Shown: positions 39,156 to 50,594 of the stretch, in pieces
Position numbering within the stretch: the first letter of the stretch is position 1
Layout: every line of letters begins with the position of its first letter
Assembly: GCF_030028105.1 (NCBI RefSeq)
Contig: NC_092371.1
Location: 132,252,766-132,316,765 of the forward strand
Source of the DNA: Mobula birostris
Lineage: Eukaryota
Reading direction: 5' to 3'
Length of the DNA: 64,000 nucleotides
Translations under genes and position numbers: made by a program
Notes under the pieces: model-generated
The model's input: the letters and a program-made list of their open reading frames with translations, nothing else
Databases searched by the model: none
What the model was told of the DNA's origin: nothing

Positions 39156-40214
39156 CTGATGAAGACAAATGTCACATAACTTTCACTTTACAGGGAACTC
39201 ACATGAGTTTTCACTTCTGCACCTTAGTTAAGTGGAGTTAATTCTGGTATAGATAGTTCCAAAAGCCAGCAACAAATTGGTTCCAGAGCATTAAATGAAG
39301 CTGTGTTGTGCAATCAGCGACCTCAGAGTTCAGACGGAGGGGAATGATTATCTGGAATGAACTGCAAGAGAGGCACTTGAAAGGTACCTATCTAGGAAAG
39401 GCATAAAGGGTTACTGGCTTAATGAGGGCAAATGAGATTAGCATAGATAGGCATCATAGCTGTGAGCCAGAAGGGCCCATCTGTATGTTGTATGATTAAA
39501 TGATAAGAAACATAAGAAAAAGATTGGCCTACAAAACCAGGAATAAGACAGAGGTCAATGCAACAGTGAATTTTTCCCTCTTTGTGGCAGTAACAAATTT
39601 TGTCTACAGTTTGGTCCATAGACTTGGTTTTTGAATTAAGCTTTCTGAATTAACATCAACAAGTTTTGAACAATGACAAAGGATCTTTAACTATTACCTA
39701 ATGTAAACCCTCTATTTTGAAGAAAGCTAATTTCTTCCCTCATAACACAAAAATCAACAAAGTGGACGTTAGAAAACCAGGAACTGATCCCACTCAAAAT
39801 GTATAAAACTGCAGAAGGCCTGATACAGCTGACACTGACAGGGTGTTTCCTTGACCAGTCTATTCGTTTAGGAGACTGAAATATGGAGCAAATTTCTTCA
39901 AGGAAGATAGTGAATCTTTGAGATGTTCTACCTCAGAGTGCTGTCAATGTACATTAGTCTTAATCTGGAATTTATCAAGAGTCGCAGGGTGATGGGGACC
40001 AGAGTGCCAGGACAGTGGAGAGGTTGTGGAGACATGGTGTTAAGACCTCAGAAAAAGTCAGGAATGAAAAGGTTGAGCATGGTGTGATGAATGTGTTGCG
40101 TATACCTCAATGTCAATAGTATTGTAGGAATGGCAGATGAGCTCAGAATATGAATCAACACATGCGATTATGATACTGCAGTCATTACTGAAACATGATT
40201 GCAGGAGGAGCAAG

Positions 40215-41155
40215 ATGTAGAATACAAGAGCAGGGATGTGATGCTGAGGCTTTATAAGGCACTTGTGAGGCCTCACCTTGGCCCCCTCATCTTCGAAAAG
40301 ATGTGCTGGCATTGGAGAGGGTCCAGAGGAGGTTCACAAGGCTGATTCCAGGAATGAAGGGATTATCATATGAGGAACATTTGCTGGCTCTGGGTCTGTA
40401 CTCACTGGAATTCAGAAGGATTGGGGGGGGGGGGGGAGATCTCATTGAAACCTTTCAAATGTTGAAAGGCCTAAACAAAGTAGATGTGGAGAGAATGTGT
40501 CCCATGGTTGGGGAGTCTAGGACAAGAGGGCACAGAGGGGTGTCCATTTAAAACAGATGCAAAGAAATTTCTTTAGCCAGAGGATGGTGAAATTGTGGAA
40601 TTTATTACCACAGGCAGCTTTGGAGGCCAGGTGGTTGGGTGTAGTTGAGGCAGAACTTGATAGGTTCTTGATTGGACACAGCATCAAAGGTACAGAGAGA
40701 AGGCCAAGTGGCTGAGGAGAAAAAAAAAGGATCAGTTATGATTGAATGGCAGTGTAGACCAAAAAATTCTGCTCCTTTGTCTTATGGTCTATGGAATGAG
40801 ACAGGACAAGTGACATAAGTTATGTAATGGAACATTTTGTATCTAGTGATCATAATGTCATTAATTTCAAAATAAATATGGAAAAGGTGGGTCTCATCTG
40901 CATGTTGAGATTTTAAATTGGAGAAAGGCCAATTTTGATGGTATCAGAAATGATTTGGCAAGTGTGGATTGAGACAGGCTGTTTTCTGGGAAAAGTGTAC
41001 TTGGTAAGGGGGAGGTATTCAAAAGTGAAAGTTTGAGAGTACAAAGGTTGTACGTGCCTGTCAGAATAAAAGGAAAAGATAACATGTTTGGGGAACCTCA
41101 GTTTTCAAGAGATATTGAGGCCTGGTTAAGAAGTGAAGAGGAGGTGCATAGCAAG
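40215..41155 (+). mobile_element. CR1 LINE fragments
   Basis: LALERVQRRFTRLIPGMKGLSYEE...RGH with a CR1 3' end at about 40790. A second fragment (SDH..., LNWRKANF) spans 40830-41155. Confidence 0.75.
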
Positions 41156-41321
41156 AGACCACAATGAGTGGCTGTCATTATTAAATATTTCATGTAGTGT
41201 AAATTGGCGATGTATGTTCTTAACAATTGTTCAGAGATAAACCATTTACCATGAGTTTCCCATCCCTATTCTTTTCTGGAGCTTGAATTACTACCATATA
41301 CCTGACAACATGATTAGCTAT

Positions 41322-42178
41322 TGTGACGAAAAACCAAGTTATCAGAAGATTGATGCTGATGAGAGAGATAAGAGAGACAAAGGGAGAAGCGTTCAAAATG
41401 TTAATGAGAGAGGAGAGAGATTAACGAAAAGAGACACAATTCCCAGTATTGACAGACCGGTTGCTTTGAACCTGAACTGCTTGAAGTTTGATGGACAGAC
41501 GATACCCCGGCAGGGGGATAAAAGGAACAGGTTCGCTAAGGCACGACAGACACCACAAGATCACGAGATAACGAGACCCTGGAAGCGCGATGTGCCCCCA
41601 CAAGTTGGTGGGAGTTTGGAGATCTGGTCACGGTACCGACCATAGACGCAGAGGGTGAAAAGGTACAATCGGCGGGAACCTGGTGTGTGTGTGTGTCCAC
41701 CCTTGCCTGGGTGCCGGGTTCACCGCGGAAGAACGATCGTATCCAGAATGGAGGGGTCACAGTCGGTGACCTCAGAAGACATTAAAAGGGCTCGCCCAAA
41801 AGCTAACTGCGAGGAACATCAAAGGTCTGTTTGAATCGAAATTTGCATATTCTCTCTCTCTCTCCAACGGCACATCAGCAATTACTGCGAACTGTACTAA
41901 GCTGAACTGAACTCTGCGTCACTTGAGACTGATCATTTTACCCCTAGACTGCGATAGAGCTTGATTGATTCCTATTATCCTAGTTCTGTGTACATGTTTG
42001 TTTTATTATTGCTAACCTGTTGCATTTATATCGTTATGATTAGAGTACTGTGTTACTTGTTTCTTTAATAAAACTTTCTTAGTTCCTTTAATAAAACTTT
42101 CTTAGTTCCAGTAATCCAAACTCCAACTAAGTGGTCCATTTCTGCTGGTTTGGCAACCCAGTTATGGGGTACGTAACG
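41322..42178 (+). mobile_element. Solo LTR (about 857 bp, Gypsy-type) in POLR1C intron 2
   Basis: Termini TGTGACG...CGTAACG (terminal CA changed to CG) and a 4-bp TSD CTAT on both sides. AATAAA lies near the 3' end, duplicated within a 23-bp tandem repeat. Confidence 0.82.
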
Positions 42179-43219
42179 CTATTAATGTGTGAGGCAAGGT
42201 TATGTATTAGACTCAAAGGGGTTCTTGCCTTTTGTGGATAACACTCCAGAGTGACAGAACTTTTCTAGCCCAGCAGTACTGCTCCTTGTGCAATCTTAGT
42301 GAAAACTGACCAACCTCATAGAGACAGAGAGCTGAGACTTTGACTCACTGAACATTGCATCTCTAATGCACCTTCCCTCTGATCAAAGACACAATGAACT
42401 GCTGTCCATCGTAGTGCATGTCAATACCTAACTGATTACACTAGGTATATTCAGAATATCAAGATAATGTTTCCAAGTTTGCTGTTTCAATTGACTGTTC
42501 TGAAGGATTTGAGACACAATACACTGTTTTAAAAGTATATTGAAATAACTTGCATATTTTAAAGTTTAATTAGAATATACATATTCTCAGCACTGATGAA
42601 TGTAGTACTTCATGAATGTAGAATCATTTTCCTGACTTGTATTAAGAGATGTGAGGTTCCCAAACAACTAAAAGCTATAATTACTACCACTCTTACTCGG
42701 CTGTTAAGGTCTGTTGTGGCTATACAAACTCCTTCTGGGGCTAGGTTTCAGGATATGTGTTTCGGAGTAAGTTAATCTGTTCCAACACTTTTGAGTTTGT
42801 TATGAGGAATTATTACGAGAATTAATGAGAGGTAATTAAAACTCTCAAGTTTTAAGAATAAATTGGATAGGTACATGAATGGGAGAGGTCTGGAGGGTTA
42901 TGGACTGGATGCAGGTCAATGGGACTAGCGGAATAATGTTTCGGCAAAGACTAGAAAGGCCGAATGGCCTGTTTTCTGTGCTGTAGCCTTCTATGGTTCT
43001 AGGTATCGGCAGGTAGGACCAAATGAGGTACTTAATGGAGTACAAGAAATGCAAGGGGACACTTAAAGAAGAAATCAGGAGGGCTAACAGAAGACATGAG
43101 GTTACTGATCCTCTGCGGCGTCACCACGATCAAGTAGACACATCAAGTGGATAAGTGTCAGTCCCAGAGACCGGATCCCCCCACCCCAGCCTGCGTCCAG
43201 CCGGCTGCCTGTTCCGTAC

Positions 43220-43291
43220 CTGCTCGAAGCGCCGCTGGTCCCACGTGTCGTCGTAACCGGGGTAATTCCCAGGGAAATCAGTGGTATGGAC
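43220..43291 (-). CDS. POLR1C: POLR1C exon 2
   Basis: [24 protein letters not shown] with CAG/GT boundaries; intron 1 is 88 nt. Confidence 0.95.
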
Positions 43292-43379
43292 CTGAACAGA
43301 GAAGGGAAATTAACAAATTCCTCCTGACAAGATTGACAGTATACATACCATTAACATTAACGCAGGAGGAAACACTCAC

Positions 43380-43451
43380 GTTCTGGACACCGAACTCCTT
43401 CAAAACCACTCGGTTGCGTATCAACTCGATGCGCTCCCGGCCGTCCGCCAT
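43380..43451 (-). CDS. POLR1C: POLR1C exon 1 (RNA polymerase I/III shared subunit RPAC1/AC40)
   Basis: ATG at 43451 gives MADGRERIELIRNRVVLKEFGVQN, then a GTGAGT donor. Confidence 0.93.
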
Positions 43452-43621
43452 TACGGACACTAGGATTTAAATTTGCGCGAGATTCCACAGCCGTGCAGCT
43501 CTCCTCCCGTCGGCAAAGCTCGCGAGATCCACCACCTCCCGGCTGGGTCAGCGAGATCACGTGAGGTCACGTCACCGCTTCCACTGAGCGCCGTTCGGGT
43601 GGGCCGCCGGTGCTACGGGCG
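43452..43621. promoter_or_regulatory. POLR1C/YIPF3 bidirectional CpG-island promoter
   Basis: 170 bp separate the divergent ATGs. Contains CTCGCGAGA (CGCG/BANP-type motif, about 43519-43527), an E-box CACGTG (43558-43563) and GTCACGTCA (CRE/UPRE-like, about 43566-43574). Confidence 0.85.
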
Positions 43622-43705
43622 ATGGCGACGGCAGCGGCAGCGGCTGGCGGTGCCGGAGGGACGAAGAACGGCGAATGGGGAAACTTCGAGGAGGCGCTGC
43701 TGCAG
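43622..43705 (+). CDS. YIPF3: YIPF3 exon 1 (Yip1-domain Golgi membrane protein)
   Basis: ATG at 43622 gives MATAAAAAGGAGGTKNGEWGNFEEALLQ, then a GT donor; resembles the vertebrate YIPF3 N-terminus. Confidence 0.9.
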
Positions 43706-43886
43706 GTTAAATAAACTTTGCCATTCAGGACCCGCAATGCGTATCACCTGACTTTTCGTTGGCTCACGCAGTGCCCCACCCACAAAGTGTTCCCGAGTGA
43801 TTGTGTTACCTCCACATTGCTTCCATAATACCTTTCCCCATCCATTATTACCCCTACCCTCAGTTTCCCCACTGGGTATTCGTCTG

Positions 43887-45160
43887 CATTGTGTGATCCC
43901 TCTCTTATGTTGCCCCCCCCCCGCAGTGTGTTCCCCTCCTTATGTTGCCCCCCCCACAGTGTGTTCCCCTCCTTATGTTGCCCCCCCGCAGTGTGTTCCC
44001 CTCCTTATGTTGCCCCCCCACAGTGTGTTCCCCTCCTTATGTTGCCCCCCCGCAGTGTGTTCCCCTCCTTATGTTGCCCCCCCGCAGTGTGTTCCCCTCC
44101 TTATGTTGCCCCCCCGCAGTGTGTTCCCCTCCTTATGTTGCCCCCCCGCAGTGTGTTCCCCTCCTTATGTTGCCCCCCCCACAGTGTGTTCCCCTCCTTA
44201 TGTTGCCCCCCCGCAGTGTGTTCCCCTCCTTATGTTGCCCCCCCCACAGTGTGTTCCCCTCCTTATGTTGCCCCCCCGCAGTGTGTTCCCCTCCTTATGT
44301 TGCCCCCCCGCAGTGTGTTCCCCTCCTTATGTTGCCCCCCCGCAGTGTGTTCCCCTCCTTATGTTGCCCCCCCGCAGTGTGTTCCCTCCTTATGTTGCCC
44401 CCCCGCAGTGTGTTCCCCTCCTTATGTTGCCCCCCCGCAGTGTTCCCCTCCTTATGTTGCCCCCCCGCAGTGTTCCCCTCCTTATGTTGCCCCCCCGCAG
44501 TGTGTTCCCCTCCTTATGTTGCCCCCCCGCAGTGTGTTCCCCTCCTTATGTTGCCCCCCCGCAGTGTGTTCCCCTCCTTATGTTGCCCCCCCCCGCAGTG
44601 TGTTCCCCTCCTTATGTTGCCCCCCCGCAGTGTGTTCCCCTCCTTATGTTGCCCCCCCGCAGTGTGTTCCCCTCCTTATGTTGCCCCCCCGCAGTGTGTT
44701 CCCCTCCTTATGTTGCCCCCCCCGCAGTGTGTTCCCCTCCTTATGTTGCCCCCCCGCAGTGTTCCCCTCCTTATGTTGCCCCCCCCGCAGTGTGTTCCCC
44801 TCCTTATGTTGCCCCCCCGCAGTGTGTTCCCCTCCTTATGTTGCCCCCCCGCAGTGTGTTCCCCTCCTTATGTTGCCCCCCGCAGTGTGTTCCCCTCCTT
44901 ATGTTGCCCCCCCGCAGTGTTCCCCTCCTTATGTTGCCCCCCCGCAGTGTTCCCCTCCTTATGTTGCCCCCCCGCAGTGTGTTCCCCTCCTTATGTTGCC
45001 CCCCCGCAGTGTGTTCCCCTCCTTATGTTGCCCCCCCGCAGTGTGTTTCCTCCTTATGTTGCCCCCCCCGCAGTGTGTTCCCCTCCTTATGTTGCCCCCC
45101 CGCAGTGTGTTCCCCTCCTTATGTTGCCCCCCCGCAGTGTGTTCCCCTCATGTCTCCCCC
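43887..45160. repeat. Minisatellite, about 40 copies of a 32-bp unit (GCAGTGTGTTCCCCTCCTTATGTTGCCCCCCC), in YIPF3 intron 1
   Basis: Near-identical tandem units. Variation is almost limited to C-run length, loss of one GT, and a G/A site. Confidence 0.97.
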
Positions 45161-45194
45161 CCACACACACATTGTCTAACCTCTGAATCTTTTA

Positions 45195-46560
45195 GACATG
45201 GAGTCATAGAGTACTACAGCACAGAAACAGGGCCTTTGCTCCATCTAGTTTGTGCCGGCCTGATTTTGTTCAGTCCTGTATACCTGCACCCGGATTATAG
45301 CCTTCCATACTCTCTCTCATTCTTATACCTAGCCAGACTTCACTTAAATGTTGCAATTGAACCCACTTCTGCTGGCAGTTCTTTCCTCAGTCACACCACC
45401 CTCTGAATGCAGAAGTTATCTCTCAGATTCCCCTGAAATATATCACTTTACACTATAAACCTATGGTCTCTAGTTCTAATCTCACCCAATCTGAGGACTG
45501 CATGCATCCACCCTATTATACCCTTCTTGATTTTGTGCACTTCTGTAAGATTTCCCCTCATTGTCCTGCAATCCAGGGAATAAAGTGCTAACCAATTCAA
45601 CTGCTCCCATGTAGCTCAGATCCTCAAGTCCCAGCAACATCTGTATAAATTTCCTCTGCACTCTTTCAAGTTGATGTCTGTTCTGTTATTCAGTAAGATC
45701 ACAGCTGATCCAGTCTTGGCTTTAATACCATATTCCTATTTCACATGACCCTTGAAGCATGTATCTGTACAGTAAATGTTAGTCTCGTGGTCTTCTGGGC
45801 TGCCTGGGGCTGAGAGTTCTAAGGATTCATGAGTCTTGAACGTTATGTAAACTTGCATCTTAAATGAGCAACCCCTTATGAAAATGTGTCCTGTAGTTGG
45901 AGGTACTCCCATCAGGGAAGCAAACAGTCGACATCCACCTGATTAATCCACGATCAGAATCTTATACATTTCAGTAAGATCACCTCTTCGGTTATCAATG
46001 AGACCTCACCTAAAATACTGTATACAACTTACTACATAGGGTCAAGCTTTCTTCGTACGTCTCCCTTCTCTGCAATGCCTCAGTGCAATACACAAGATCA
46101 GCATTGTATGCAGTATTTTAGATGAGGCCTCATTGCACCATGTAAAGTTACAGCTTTTATAATCCTTCCCAATAAAGACCAATTTCTTATTACTTTCTGT
46201 TCCTGCACACTAATTTTTTAATGTTTCATGTTCTAGGACCCTCAGTTCCTTTTGTACCTCAGCATTTCATAGTCTCATTCCAATTCAATAATTATCAGGT
46301 TTGTCATTCTTCCATCCAAAGTGCATTTTCTTCATTATCTTCTATCTGACTACATATTCTAATCACTTACTTTAAACTGTAATTCTTTTGCAGGCCCTGT
46401 ACTCCCCACAATTTGCTAATCCATCTATCTTTATATTACTAAAGCTGCTAACAAAACACTCAATCCCTTTACCGAAATTGTGAAAATATACACTTGAGGA
46501 CCTGCACTTTTGCCTGTGATACTCCACTGGCTACTGACTGCCAATCTGAAAATTACTCAC
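45195..46560 (-). mobile_element. Degenerate CR1-like LINE 3' fragments
   Basis: Reverse complement of the CR1 3' region seen elsewhere in the window; highly diverged. Confidence 0.5.
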
Positions 46561-46605
46561 TTGACTCTTAGTTATCTATCAGTTATTATCTCTAAATATT
46601 CATCA

Positions 46606-47560
46606 TAGCGGATTCCAGTTAATCAGGCTGTTGGTTAATCAGGGAAAATCTTAAAAGCAAAAACTAATTGAAAGAATTATCGGGATTCTTTTCGTTTATT
46701 TGGGATTTTAAGCCACTCAGTTGGAGCAAGGGTCCAGTTCCAACTGGCATCAGTTTTCCGCACTTGGGTGGCCTTTGGACGCTACACCATCCTTAGAGTG
46801 AATAGTTTTTAAATAGCGGCAGTGTGTGTTTGTGTTCAACAAGCAGTGATTTCTGTTACTGATAGCTGATGAGAAATAAGCGACAAGGCAATTCTAAACT
46901 TTTTATTTATTGAGATACAGCATGAAATAGGCACCATCCAGCAATCCCTTAATTTTATCCAAGCCTAATTGGGGAACAATTTACAATAAACAACTAACCT
47001 ACCAACCAGTATGTCTTCAGGCTATAGGAGGACACCAGGGCACCCAGCGGAAACCTACGCAGTCACGGGGAGAACATACAAACCCCTTACGGGCAGCGGC
47101 GGGAATTGAACCCGGGTCACTGCCAAGCTTCCCCTTTGCTCACTGCAGTTTCAAGCGTTCAGTCTCAGAGGTGCCAGAAACAGCCGGGAGTGAAAATGAA
47201 ATTATTTCACTATTTCAACAAATTAGCAACTGCAAAGAATTTGAAGGTATTGACAATCATCTAAAATGTTACAATGAGAATGAAGTTTGAGGAGGCAGTT
47301 ATCGATAGCATTGTAATATCTCTGCTTATTTTGTTCATTGTGTACACCAGGTAAATTCCTTTGTTGATAACATTTAGGAACTAACACATAGTTTTATAGT
47401 ATTGTACTATTGGTTGTGTTTTAATTTGTTCTATATTTCATTGAAATACATAATTTGTTACTCAATTTTTTTTGTACTTTTTAAGTATTTCTTTGAAACT
47501 TCAGCTAATTGGCCCAAAATGTACTAATTCCAATGTGTCCCAATTAACTGGAAACCACTG
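46606..47560 (+). mobile_element. Tigger-like element, copy 3 (opposite orientation), with a nested SINE
   Basis: Same TIR family (...CCCAATTAACTGGAAACCACTG). The internal sequence is the reverse complement of copies 1 and 2. Confidence 0.7.
46900..47125 (-). mobile_element. HE1/V-SINE-like SINE nested in Tigger copy 3
   Basis: Same core; B box on the minus strand (GGGAATTGAACCC on plus). Confidence 0.65.
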
Positions 47561-47719
47561 AATATTATCCCCAGGACTGTGTGCTTTTATTGAATACCTT
47601 CTGGAAAGCAACACACTGCAGTGTTTGTTGATTTCCCCTTTACTCACCCTGTTTGTTTTTTACTTAAATTTATCAAACACTGTTTATCATTTTTCTAAAT
47701 AGCCTACTGTTAGCTTTGT

Positions 47720-49090
47720 AAAGGATTCCATAAGGCATTGGAGCAGGATTAAGCCATTCTGCTGCACTATTTGATTTATGGCTGATTAGGGTTGATCTAT
47801 CAACCCCATTCGCCTGCCTTGTCTCCACTGCCTTTGACACTCTTATCAAGAACCTAGCAACTTCTGCTTTAAATATGCCTAATCACTTGGCCTGCACAGC
47901 TATCTGTGGCAATGTATTCCACAGATTCACCACCCTCTGGCTAAAGAAATTCCTCCTCCTTTGTATTCCGAAGTTGTGCACTCTGGCCCTAGACTTTCCC
48001 ACAACTGGAAACATCCTGGCTGCGTCCACTCTGTCTTGGCTTTTCAATATCCTATAGGTTTCAATGGGATTTCCCCTCTCATTCTTCTCAATTCCAGCAA
48101 GTACGGGCCCCAGAGCCATCAAAGGCTCCTCATGTGTCAACCCTTTCATTCCCAGGATCATTCTTGTAAACATCCTCGGGACCTTTTCCAATACTAGCAC
48201 ATCCTTTGTTAGATATTGGCCCAAAATTGCTCTCAATACTCCGTATGTGGTCTGAACAATGCCGTATAAAGCCTCAGCATTACATCGTTGCTCTTGTATT
48301 CTAGTCTTCTCAAAAGGAATGATAACATTGTATTTGCCTTCCTTACCACTGACTCAACCTGCAAATTAACCTTTAGGGAATCCTGCTTGAGGAGTCTGAA
48401 GTCCCTTTTTACCTCCAATTTCTGAATTTGTTACCCATTTAGAAAATAGCGTATACCTTTATTCCTTCTACAAAGTGCCTAACCATACACTTCCCTACAC
48501 TATTCCACCCGTCACTTCTTTGTCCATTCTCCTAATCTGTCCAAGTCCTTTTGCAAACTCCCTGCTTCCTCAACACTTTCTGCCTTTCCACCTATCTTTG
48601 TATCATCCACAAACTCAGCTACAAGCCATCAATTCCATCATCCAGATGATTAACTTATAACATGAAAATCAATCCTTGCAAAACACCACTAGTCACCGGC
48701 CACCAACCAGAAAAGGCCCCTTTTATTTCCACACTTTGTCTTCTGCCAGTCAGCCAATCTTTTGTCCAAGCTTCTATCTTTCCTGTAATATCATGGGCTC
48801 TTATTTTGCTTAGTAATCTCGTGTGCAGCGCCTTGTTTAAAGGCCTTCTGAAAATCTAATTAAACAATATCCACTGACTCTCCTTTGTCTATCCTGCCTG
48901 TTATTTCGTCAAAGAATTCCAACGGATTTGTCTAGCAACATTTTGCCTTAAGGAAACTATGTGGTTTGGGGATATTTGCCTTAAGGAAACCATGCTGAGT
49001 TCCCGAATAATGGACTCCAACATCTTGCCAACCACTGAAGTCAGGCTAACTAGCCTATAGTTTCCAGTCTTTTGCTTCTCTCCCTTCTTA
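47720..49090 (-). mobile_element. CR1 LINE 3' part
   Basis: LQVESVVRKANTML, VLEKVPRMFTRMILGMKG and FFSQRVVNLWN motifs on the minus strand. Confidence 0.75.
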
Positions 49091-49511
49091 AGAAGTGCAG
49101 TATTTTCCTAATGAAAGAAGTTTAGTGTAATGCCATATAGTTGCTGGTTTTCTGCCTCACTTAAGTAGCATTACATGTGTCATTTTCCAATTCTCTGGAG
49201 ATGAGAATCCACCATCTTAGTAATCACTTCAAAATCTCTAGCATGCAGGACCTTGGTTTAGAGAACTTGTCAGCCTTTTACCTATTAGCTTGCATAGTCA
49301 TTTTCACCCTCTAGATGGTTTTTAGTTATTAGAATGTTTTAATGTTTCCTACACTGAAGATTGATACAAAATAAGTATTTAGAGTCTCAGGCATGTCTTT
49401 ATTTCCTCAGTCTCATCCTCTTAAGTTCCAACAGTGATCAGAGAAGTTACTGCGCAGTCTGAAAAAAACAAAATAGACTGAATTCCAAAGACACAGATTT
49501 TTCTTAGTACA

Positions 49512-50152
49512 GATTTAGATTATGAGAACACTCAGTCCTCTTTTATTGTCATTTAGAAATGCATACATGCATTAAGAAATGATACAATGTTTCTCCGGAG
49601 TGATATCACAGAAAACGAGACAGACCAAAGACTAACACTGACAGAACCACATAATTATAGCAGTGCAAAGCAATATCATAATTTGATAAAGAACAGACCA
49701 TAGGCACAGTGGGAAAAAAAAGTCTCAAAGTCCCGAGTCTCCGATAGCAGGCAGCAAAAGGAAAAACTCCCTGCCATAAACCTCCAGGCACCATCAACTT
49801 GCCGATATCTTGGAAGCGGCCGACCCTGAGTCCATCCGTCCGAAAACTCAAGAGCTTCCGAGCAGCCTCACCGATACAGCCTCCCGAGCGCCTTCGACCT
49901 CTCCCCGGCCGCTGAAACACGCAAAACCGAGGATTTCGGGGCCTTCAGCTCCGGAGATTCCGGTTACCACACAGTAGCAGTGGTAGCAAAGCAGGCATTT
50001 CAGAAGTTTTCCAGATGTTCCGCTGTGCTCTCACGTCTGTCTCCATCAAATCAGGATTGTGCACGGTCCCCTACTTGACAAATAACAGATATTCAACACC
50101 GAAGTGGCCGCGCGCACTGTTGTCGCGCCGCCATCTTCGTCCCCCTCCCGGG
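49512..50152 (-). mobile_element. Short non-coding retroposon with a GC-rich, YY1-type 5' head and an (AATCTA)n tail
   Basis: Minus strand starts GGGAGGGGGACGAAGATGGCGGCGCGAC and ends ATGACAATAAA...AATCTAAATCT. CpG-rich, with no RT ORF. Confidence 0.6.
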
Positions 50153-50594
50153 AGGTTTAGTCCTGTTTTCTAGTACTATATGTTCTTAAATCAATGTAAG
50201 GCATATCATACTGGATTTTGCATATTTACCAGAAGTCTATCTGTAGATAAGCATTCAGCTAGATGAATAAGATGACTGAAATCAATACTAAGTTTATGAT
50301 AGAATAGGGTGGGTCACAGACAAAGGTTGTAAATTTAGATGGATTCTAAAAGGTCCAAGCAGTAGAGTCAATACAATAGGCTGGGGGCATTCTAAATAAA
50401 AGTTAAATTACAGAAAATAAAAAAACATTTCAAGAAACCTGAAAGACCCAAAGCAAACCTTAAATGGCAGGTGCTTTACTTGCCAAATCATAGAAGTAGT
50501 GGCAGAGAAGGAGGGGATTCATCTCCTTAGATCTGTGCCAACCCAAGGAAGGTCCCTTTTTGCCCACACCAGTCTGCCAGTTGTTCTTTCTTAA

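Noticed and set aside
43887-45160. CRISPR-like array (32-bp repeats)
   Set aside because: The repeats are directly adjacent with no unique spacers, there are no cas genes, and the context is a vertebrate intron.
43797-45406. Three long Pro/Cys-rich ORFs (460, 505 and 414 aa) resembling keratin-associated or extensin proteins
   Set aside because: They are translations of a stop-free 32-bp minisatellite in all three frames, with frames switching at C-run indels. They lie in YIPF3 intron 1.
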